Assembly (NCBI GenBank): GCA_964526965.1
Contig: CAZGML010000005.1
Location: 8,973 to 72,972 of the forward strand
Origin: an uncultured Sphaerobacteraceae bacterium
GTDB taxonomy: Bacteria; Chloroflexota; Chloroflexia; Thermomicrobiales; UBA6265
DNA length: 64,000 nt
Reading direction: 5' to 3'
In this document: in pieces, positions 57,908-64,000 of the stretch
How positions within the stretch are numbered: position 1 is the stretch's first letter
How the letters are laid out: each line of letters begins with the position of its first letter
Program-made: the position numbers and the translations under genes
The notes under the pieces: generated by a model
Databases searched by the model: none
What the model was told of the DNA's origin: nothing
The model's input: the letters and a program-made list of their open reading frames with translations, nothing else

Positions 57908-60509
57908 CCGTACGCTCGGAACAACCGATACGAAGATGCTCGATCCCGATCGCCTGCTGGGCTGGTTGGTTTTCGCGCTGATGGTGTTTCTGGTTACGCT
58001 GTCCGGATTCGCGGTCTCACAGGGCTGGGATGGTCACAATGTCTGGCGGTTCACGCTCGTTGCTTTTGTGGCCGGAGTTGTTTCAGGGCTGCTGGCGAAG
58101 AGCAGGGTGCTGGATGGCTTTGCGATCGTGATATCTATCGCCACAGGTGTAGCGTTTGTCTGGACGATCATCGCAGCATTCGGTGGCCACCTTGAGGGAA
58201 GCTTCTGGGAGCAACTGCGCGGCTATCCCGAGCCCGTTATTGAAGCTCTGTTTCGGGACCAGATTACCGGTGCGAATCGCGAACTAACGGCAGATACCCT
58301 TCTTTCCCTCACAATCTGGATGAGCGCCTGGATCGGGATGTGGTTGCTGGTGCGCGTTGGTTTCGTTGCCATGGCTCTGTTAGCACCGGCGATTCTTATC
58401 CTCGCCAACCAGCACTTCGCCAGCGGTGTCGACGGCTGGATCATTATCGCAATGATCGGGCTAAGTCTTCTGGTCGCCGTTCTACAACGATACGCGTCGA
58501 AACGACGTGTGTGGAACTATCATCGAGTGCCGGTTTCCGATTCCATGGCGGGGAGGGCGTTGCTGACCGGTTTGGCAATCGCTGTCGTTGTTTCTTCTAC
58601 CATTATGGTGTCGCCAGAAGCGTGGTCTCAAACCGTGCTGCAGCCGATGATTGAACGTACCGTCAACCGGCTGGAGTCAGCCCGAACCGATGCACAGTTT
58701 TGGTTCGACGACCTTGTTGGCACCAACTCAGCTGACCCAGCCGGGGGAAGCTACTCCGACTTCTCGGATGGATTCGAGATCGGCGGACCGCTCACTCTGA
58801 CCGATGAGCCGCAGGTGCTGGTCCAGACCGATGTAAACTCCGCTCCGTATCTGAAAGCCCGTTCATACGATGAATATACTGGCCGGGGCTGGACCTCAAA
58901 TTCTGGTGCAACTGATGAAACCCCGGAAACAATGGTTCAAGCGCAGGAGCTCCGCTACAACCCCGGGTGGGAGGTCGCGCTCTCGAATGATGCCCGTAGC
59001 GAACGTGAATCCGTGACCCTCAACGTCTCTCCGCTTACGCCGGACGTCGACACTGTGCTATCTGTGGATTCGTTTCTGTCGGCAGATATGCAGACGGTAG
59101 TGCGCATGGGCTGGACGTCTGTCACAGAAATGCCGTTGACCTTAAGCGTTGAAACACTGAACCAGCTACCGCCAGACGTTCAACGGCTTGGCAGCTTGCT
59201 GTTGCAATCCGAACTCACGGGAGGCGCGACGCCGTGGGGGCCGGCCGCCACCAGTGGCACGATGCAGGCAGCGATTGACCAGGAAGTCGATGATCTCGCC
59301 CGGCGTGGAATGCAAGTGCAATGGACGGCAAGCAGCGAGGGAATCGTGGATACACTCTACGTCACAGGCCAGTTGCCGGTATTCGATGACGTGGAAGCGG
59401 TGTTCCGTCACCAGCAGGCTGAATTGATGAATTCGGATTATCGGACCACCAGCCTTACCAGCACCGCGTCGCCGGATCAGCTTGCAGCCGCCGGCACCGA
59501 TTATCCGGGCTGGGTAATCGAGCGCTATTTGAATAAGGGTGAGACTGCCACTGACCGGACAATGCAATTGGCGGAGGACATCGTTGGCGACGAGACGAAC
59601 CCGTATCAGCAATCCGTTCTGCTAGAGCAGTGGTTACGTGAGAATATCGGCTACGATGAATCGGTCGATGCGCCCCCGGGCGATCAGGACCTCGTCGACT
59701 ACGTCCTCTTTGATCATACCTACGGCTATTGCGAGCACTATGCGGCAGCCATGACAGTGATGTTGCGTTCGCTCGGCGTGCCCTCCCGGGTTGCTGTCGG
59801 CTATGCGCCGGGTGAGTGGGACGAAGCTTCCGCCGCCTATCTTTATCGGCACAACAACGCCCATGCGTGGGTGGAGGTTTATTTCCCCGGTTACGGATGG
59901 GTACCATTTGAGCCAACTGCGAATCGTCCACTGGGTGAGTTTGACGTTGAGCCCGGTGACTCCGATCTCGACCTAAACCAGCAAAGCTTGGAAGAAGCTC
60001 AGCCCACGGAACCACCGATTCCAACGGCGGACGTCGCAACTCCGGACCTTTCCACGGACACGTCTCAGGCAACACCCGAACCGACAGAGGAGAATGAACT
60101 CTCGCAACCTCCGGTAGTGCTCGAAGCCGATCAATCGAGCGGTCCTCCGCGATGGCTGTTGGTTTCTGGTGCCGTGGCCATGGTGACGGCTGTGCTCGCT
60201 GGCGGCATCTGGATGATGTGGAGCTGGTCGCTGCGTAACCTTGCACCGGCTGCCGGCTTCATGCGAAGGATTCAACGAGTCGGCTCCTGGCTTGGAATAC
60301 GCTCGAATTCAACTACAACGCCGCGGGAATATGCGCGCAATTTCGAAAATACTGCGAGCGGCATTTCGGTACCGGTGAAGCGCATCACGCGTGCGTACGA
60401 GATTGAGACGTTTGGTCCTCGTGATGCCCGTGATCAGGTGATAGCTGAGGCGAGAAGCGCCTGGAACGAAATTAAGCGGAATTGGTTCAGGCTTCTGCGC
60501 CGAAGGTAG
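57891..60509 (+). CDS. Transglutaminase-like membrane protein (TgpA-like)
   Basis: The N-terminus is polytopic. The catalytic core is GYCEHYAAAMTVMLRSLGVPSRVAVGY and HAWVEVYFPGYGWVPFEPT, followed by a C-terminal TM. Confidence 0.85.
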   Translation: MNMSADRTLGTTDTKMLDPDRLLGWLVFALMVFLVTLSGFAVSQGWDGHNVWRFTLVAFVAGVVSGLLAKSRVLDGFAIVISIATGVAFVWTIIAAFGGHLEGSFWEQLRGYPEPVIEALFRDQITGANRELTADTLLSLTIWMSAWIGMWLLVRVGFVAMALLAPAILILANQHFASGVDGWIIIAMIGLSLLVAVLQRYASKRRVWNYHRVPVSDSMAGRALLTGLAIAVVVSSTIMVSPEAWSQTVLQPMIERTVNRLESARTDAQFWFDDLVGTNSADPAGGSYSDFSDGFEIGGPLTLTDEPQVLVQTDVNSAPYLKARSYDEYTGRGWTSNSGATDETPETMVQAQELRYNPGWEVALSNDARSERESVTLNVSPLTPDVDTVLSVDSFLSADMQTVVRMGWTSVTEMPLTLSVETLNQLPPDVQRLGSLLLQSELTGGATPWGPAATSGTMQAAIDQEVDDLARRGMQVQWTASSEGIVDTLYVTGQLPVFDDVEAVFRHQQAELMNSDYRTTSLTSTASPDQLAAAGTDYPGWVIERYLNKGETATDRTMQLAEDIVGDETNPYQQSVLLEQWLRENIGYDESVDAPPGDQDLVDYVLFDHTYGYCEHYAAAMTVMLRSLGVPSRVAVGYAPGEWDEASAAYLYRHNNAHAWVEVYFPGYGWVPFEPTANRPLGEFDVEPGDSDLDLNQQSLEEAQPTEPPIPTADVATPDLSTDTSQATPEPTEENELSQPPVVLEADQSSGPPRWLLVSGAVAMVTAVLAGGIWMMWSWSLRNLAPAAGFMRRIQRVGSWLGIRSNSTTTPREYARNFENTASGISVPVKRITRAYEIETFGPRDARDQVIAEARSAWNEIKRNWFRLLRRR

Positions 60510-60517
60510 GGAGAAAT

Positions 60518-61420
60518 ATGGGTGGGTTGCTTGTTGTTGGCGCGATAAATACCGACCTGATCGCTTTCGTTGAGCGTGCTCCGCTCGCGGGTGAGACTGT
60601 GGCCGGAGGACACTTTGAACAGCACGGCGGCGGAAAAGCCGCCAACCAGGCCGTGGCTGCCGCTCGATCCGGTGCAGATGTTGCGCTGTTGAGTGCGGTT
60701 GGTGAGGACGATTTCGGACGTACCCGGCTGCAGGAACTTCAGGCTGAAGGCATTGATACCGGGAGCATCGCGACTATTCCTAAGGTTGCATCGGGCGTAG
60801 CAGTAATCATCGTTGAACCAACGGGTGAAAATCGCATTTGTGATTTGCCAGGTGCGCGGGAGCAAATGACGCCGGAACAATGCCTCAAGGCCTATGAGCT
60901 GGCCAAACCGGATGCGATTCTATCTGCGAATGAACTTTCGTTCCTTTGTCATCAGGCGTTGTTTCAGCGTGCACGGCAAGACAATGTGCCCGTCTGGTTC
61001 AATGTGGCGCCTTTCTCCGATGCTGCTCGCGAACTCGTTCCCCTGGTGGATACGTTGATCGTAAATCGTGGCGAGGCAGAAGATGTTCTGAATGTGCGTG
61101 GCCAGGATCAGTCGATTGATCAACTGGCTGAGGGCCTGCGCGCCCTCGGAGTGAATCGCGTCGTCATCACGCTTGGTGCAGATGGAGTGCGCGGATTCGA
61201 CGCGAACAATGATTACACCATCCAGGCAGAGCCCGTCACGGCTGTCGATTCGACCGGTGCCGGCGATACGTTCAGCGGCGCGTGGACAGCAGAGATGATG
61301 CGAGGGGCATCTTTCGACACCGCCATGCAGTACGCCAACCGGGCAGCGGCGATTTCGGTGACCAGGCGAGGAGCGCAGAGTTCGATTCCCCGCCGGGATG
61401 AGATCGAGGCCAAAAGCTGA
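60518..61420 (+). CDS. rbsK: Ribokinase / PfkB-family sugar kinase
   Basis: The product contains GGKAANQAVAAARSG and DSTGAGDTFSGA. Confidence 0.82.
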   Translation: MGGLLVVGAINTDLIAFVERAPLAGETVAGGHFEQHGGGKAANQAVAAARSGADVALLSAVGEDDFGRTRLQELQAEGIDTGSIATIPKVASGVAVIIVEPTGENRICDLPGAREQMTPEQCLKAYELAKPDAILSANELSFLCHQALFQRARQDNVPVWFNVAPFSDAARELVPLVDTLIVNRGEAEDVLNVRGQDQSIDQLAEGLRALGVNRVVITLGADGVRGFDANNDYTIQAEPVTAVDSTGAGDTFSGAWTAEMMRGASFDTAMQYANRAAAISVTRRGAQSSIPRRDEIEAKS

Positions 61421-61429
61421 AAAGCACGA

Positions 61430-61454
61430 AACCCCGGGCTGAAAGCCCGGGGTT
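61430..61454. terminator. Bidirectional rho-independent terminator
   Basis: AACCCCGGGC-tgaaa-GCCCGGGGTT has T-rich tracts on both strands. Confidence 0.7.
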
Positions 61455-61460
61455 AATGTT

Positions 61461-61552
61461 TGGCGGAGGGGGAGGGATTCGAACCCTCGAAGGGTTTTAC
61501 CCCTTACACGATTTCCAATCGTGCGCACTAGGCCAGACTATGCGACCCCTCC
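61461..61552 (-). tRNA. tRNA-Ser (anticodon GGA), long variable arm, CCA encoded
   Basis: Manual fold: acceptor GGAGGGG/CCCCTCC, anticodon arm CACGA-TTGGAAA-TCGTG, T arm GAGGG-TTCGAAT-CCCTC. Confidence 0.9.
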
Positions 61553-61585
61553 ATGCGCCAATGAATGATACCGCAATAATCGCGG

Positions 61586-61672
61586 CGGAGAGGGCGGGAT
61601 TCGAACCCGCGGCGGCTTTCACACCGCACTGCTTTTCGAGAGCAGCACCATAAACCACTCGGACACCTCTCC
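61586..61672 (-). tRNA. tRNA-Ser (anticodon CGA), long variable arm, CCA not encoded
   Basis: Manual fold: acceptor GGAGAGG/CCTCTCC, anticodon arm CTGCT-CTCGAAA-AGCAG, T arm GCGGG-TTCGAAT-CCCGC. Confidence 0.88.
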
Positions 61673-61730
61673 GCGCGAGATTGTACCAGTTTGGCAGGGC
61701 GTTGTCACAAAAAGCCTCCTGTTGTATGCG

Positions 61731-62345
61731 CTATTGCGGCCGGGCAGTGTACCGATTGATACCGACTTTTGTGTTCTCCAGCGAGTCGCCGAGGTCCGCC
61801 AGGATTGGCAGGCGCGCCATCGTATCTGCACCGGGCGGCAACATGATTTCCGCCTGGCGTTGCGCCATTGCTCTGGCGAGTTGCTCAACAATGCGTACTG
61901 CCCGCTCATGGCCGGTGGCGAGGTAGGGATCAATCACGATCAGGTGCACCAATGTGGTATCCACGGAGAGTAGAACCGCTCCTCGGGCGGGATCCTGTGA
62001 TTGGTTCGCTGTCACCCAGATGGTGGCGAGTTCGCCAATCAGGTCATCACGCTCACTGAGATTTCCGAACCGGTCTACTGGAGCGTCTGTCAGGCGGATA
62101 AGCGCCCGCGCATCCCCACGCACTTCTCCCAATAAAGCCACTATGACGTCGTATCGAGACTGCGCCAGAAGTTCGTGATCGAAGACGATCGCCCAGCAAT
62201 GGAGCATCACACGTTCCCCGCTGGATATCAGGTCGCCGTGTATTTCCCGATATTCTGCACGAGACGCACCCTGCGCAGGATCGAATGCAATTTGCGATGA
62301 CTGACGGAGCAAATGAGAAAGCGACATAATGAGCGCTCCTTTCAA
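61731..62345 (-). CDS. Hypothetical protein with no recognisable motif
   Basis: The 204-aa ORF lies 42 nt downstream of the LD-carboxypeptidase gene on the same strand. The start could be the ATG at 62327 (MSLSHLL). Confidence 0.45.
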   Translation of the reverse strand: MKGALIMSLSHLLRQSSQIAFDPAQGASRAEYREIHGDLISSGERVMLHCWAIVFDHELLAQSRYDVIVALLGEVRGDARALIRLTDAPVDRFGNLSERDDLIGELATIWVTANQSQDPARGAVLLSVDTTLVHLIVIDPYLATGHERAVRIVEQLARAMAQRQAEIMLPPGADTMARLPILADLGDSLENTKVGINRYTARPQ

Positions 62346-62387
62346 GGGAGCCTCAGTATACCGGAGCGACTACCGGTATTTCTCGTG

Positions 62388-63422
62388 TCAGGTGGTGGTT
62401 GCTACATAAGGCTCGTCAATCGTCACCGTTGTATTTGGTCCATCAATGGTTGCTTGCACACCTAGCGGCATGGTGATCATTGGGGTGGTGTGCCCGAAAT
62501 CCATGTTGGCAACCACGGGGAAGGAGTAGGGAGCAGTCCGTTCCGTGAGGTACTGCAGGAATCGTCCGTGTTGCACCCTGTCGAAACCGTACGGACGAGC
62601 CACAAGCAGCCCCGCGATTTCATCGAGGACACCCATGCGGGCATAGTCCCCGAACATGATGTCGAACTCTTCCGGGCTGGAACATTCTTCACTTGTTTCG
62701 ATGCACAGAATGGCACCGGAGAAATCTGGCCACCATTTGGTGCCACGCAGATGCTGGAATACCTCAAGGCATCCGCCAATCGTTTTGCCGGTCGCACTAC
62801 TGCTCCGAATCCATTTCCAGCCCGAATTCGGGTGCCTGGTTCGTGATCGTTGGGTGTCTTCACCGGACTCCCAGTCCAGGAACTCATCGGTCCACCAGGT
62901 TGGGCTTTTAATTGGGCCGAGCGGCTCGGTTGAGGTCATGAGGTGCAATGCCGTCTGTAGCGCCTCTGTGGGCATTTCAGGGTGCTCTGCCCAGTCCGTG
63001 AGGAGTCCTGGGCCGTACAACGTCGCGAGGTGACACTCTACCCTGAAGGCGGTATGCAGGATCGTGTTATCCGAGAACCCCATGAAGATCTTCGGATTCG
63101 CCCGGACGAGATCGAAATCGATATGAGGCAGGAGATCAGCGGCGTGTGTACCGCCAATGGTCGCGATCACCATCTTTACACCTGGATCGGCAAACGCTGC
63201 GTGGAGATCATGGATGCGTTCATCGACCGTGCCAGAGACATGACCCCGGTTGCCGAATGCATGGTCACCAATTTCAACTCGAAAGCCAAGCGATTCCAAC
63301 ATCGCCACACCACGCAGGGCTCGCGGTACAAACGTCTCGCCGCCGAACCAACTCGGGCTAATCACCCGAATCGTGTCGCCTCGTTGAAGTGGGGCTGGAT
63401 GCAGGATGTGAGACTGAACCAT
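62388..63422 (-). CDS. S66-family LD-carboxypeptidase (LdcA/MccF-like)
   Basis: The product contains GDTIRVISPSW and the nucleophile context FMGFSDNTILH. The start is the ATG at 63422 after GGGAGG. The upstream part of the ORF-track entry is read-through of a tRNA gene. Confidence 0.8.
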   Translation of the reverse strand: MVQSHILHPAPLQRGDTIRVISPSWFGGETFVPRALRGVAMLESLGFRVEIGDHAFGNRGHVSGTVDERIHDLHAAFADPGVKMVIATIGGTHAADLLPHIDFDLVRANPKIFMGFSDNTILHTAFRVECHLATLYGPGLLTDWAEHPEMPTEALQTALHLMTSTEPLGPIKSPTWWTDEFLDWESGEDTQRSRTRHPNSGWKWIRSSSATGKTIGGCLEVFQHLRGTKWWPDFSGAILCIETSEECSSPEEFDIMFGDYARMGVLDEIAGLLVARPYGFDRVQHGRFLQYLTERTAPYSFPVVANMDFGHTTPMITMPLGVQATIDGPNTTVTIDEPYVATTT

Positions 63423-63489
63423 CTGATTCGACCTCCCGTTGGACAATTCCCATCTCGAATTGGGCGCGTGGGTAAGGAATGGCTGCTTA

Positions 63490-63520
63490 ATCACAAAAAC
63501 CGCCCTGATTGGGGCGGTTT
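63490..63520 (-). terminator. Rho-independent terminator after tRNA-Arg
   Basis: On the minus strand, AAACCGCCC-caatca-GGGCGGTTT is followed by TTGTGATT. Confidence 0.65.
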
Positions 63521-63529
63521 TCGTTCGTG

Positions 63530-63605
63530 TGGTGTGCCCGGCAGGAATCGAACCTGCGACCTTCTGGTCCGCAACCAGACGCTCTATCCCCTGAGCTACG
63601 GGCAC
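63530..63605 (-). tRNA. tRNA-Arg (anticodon GCG), CCA encoded
   Basis: Manual fold: acceptor GTGCCCG/CGGGCAC, D arm GCTC-AGGGGATA-GAGC, anticodon arm TCTGG-TTGCGGA-CCAGA, T arm GCAGG-TTCGATT-CCTGC. Confidence 0.88.
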
Positions 63606-63681
63606 ATGAGGGTGCGAGCCACAGTATAGTCCGCATTCATAAGGAGTTGCAAACTCCTGGACACTTGTGGCCCGGCAACTG

Positions 63682-63774
63682 TGGCGGAGAGGGAGGGATT
63701 CGAACCCTCGATACAGCTTAACACTGCATACTCGCTTAGCAGGCGAGCGCCTTCAACCGCTCGGCCACCTCCCC
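63682..63774 (-). tRNA. tRNA-Ser (anticodon GCU), long variable arm, CCA encoded, G3:U70 in the acceptor stem
   Basis: Manual fold: acceptor GGGGAGG/CCTCTCC, anticodon arm CTCGC-CTGCTAA-GCGAG, T arm GAGGG-TTCGAAT-CCCTC. Confidence 0.88.
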
Positions 63775-63880
63775 AGTTGCCGGTGTAGTTTAGCAGATCA
63801 ATCCACCAGCGTCGACGTTGTCTTCGCACACTTCGCTTACGCATATACGACGCCGCATCTCAGTCTGGAATGACTTGGGA

Positions 63881-64000
63881 CTACTTGCTTCGTCGCCTCA
63901 CAAGCCATCCAGAAATCAATCCAAACTGCGCGAGAGCGTCCAGAAGATACACTCGAGAAATTCGTCCGCGGGATACGTAGATGATGTCGACGGCAGCCAG
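63881..64000 (-). CDS. 3' end of an unidentified gene that enters from beyond the window end
   Basis: Manual minus-strand translation gives ...LAAVDIIYVSRGRISRVYLLDALAQFGLISGWLVRRRSK*. Only 39 codons are visible. Confidence 0.3.
   Translation of the reverse strand: MAAVDIIYVSRGRISRVYLLDALAQFGLISGWLVRRRSK

Noticed and set aside
63509-63844. ORFs at 63509-63721, 63596-63844 and 63667-63873, and the N-terminal 61 codons of ORF 62388-63605.
   Set aside because: They read through tRNA-Arg and tRNA-Ser genes. Peptides such as AQGIERLVADQKVAGSIPAG are the familiar translation artefact of tRNA sequence.

Overview
This is a 64-kb stretch of a fairly GC-rich bacterial chromosome, densely packed with core genes. 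I found no rRNA, CRISPR array, transposase or prophage. The gene content and signals look terrabacterial: a Cheo-type GAAC-N4-GTTC SOS box, holB-ricT synteny and a pspA-ydjGHI-like module. A Chloroflexota-like origin is possible but is only a guess.

Housekeeping genes I recognise:
- Cell wall, RNA and translation: a partial SEDS gene (ftsW/rodA family), mtnP, rpsO-pnp, prmA, rlmB-like, cysS.
- Replication and repair: holB, ricT-like, recN, ybaB, gyrA, lexA divergent from mutS2, polA.
- Metabolism: rpe, pyrB, hppA, nadD, fabZ, gpsA, purA, rbsK-like.
- Transport: a peptide-type ABC importer with a substrate-binding protein and two permeases but no ATPase genes.
- Other: a moxR-DUF58-transglutaminase trio, one tRNA-Glu, and a loose tRNA cluster (three Ser and one Arg) interleaved with two protein genes.

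Most interesting non-standard signals:
1. A structured 55-59 nt palindromic module occurs three times. Two copies sit inside a tandem 107-bp duplication in the rpsO-pnp spacer. The third sits between convergent genes at 5161-5219 and carries compensatory stem changes.
2. A four-gene PspA / SPFH / DUF4178-like / TM-Zn-ribbon membrane-stress module lies in one co-directional gene string.
3. A perfect 13+13 bp AT-rich palindrome lies upstream of gyrA.
4. The lexA promoter has its SOS box exactly in the -35/-10 spacer, in an intergenic region shared with mutS2.
5. A non-lipidated LprG-like secreted protein overlaps a 14-TM-type MFS pump.
6. The tRNA-Ser(GCU) carries a G3:U70 pair.
7. Several RNA-metabolism proteins carry Arg/Gly-rich tails.

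All calls rest on reading the sequence and the supplied ORF translations. No database search or structure prediction was run, and start codons are approximate where noted.
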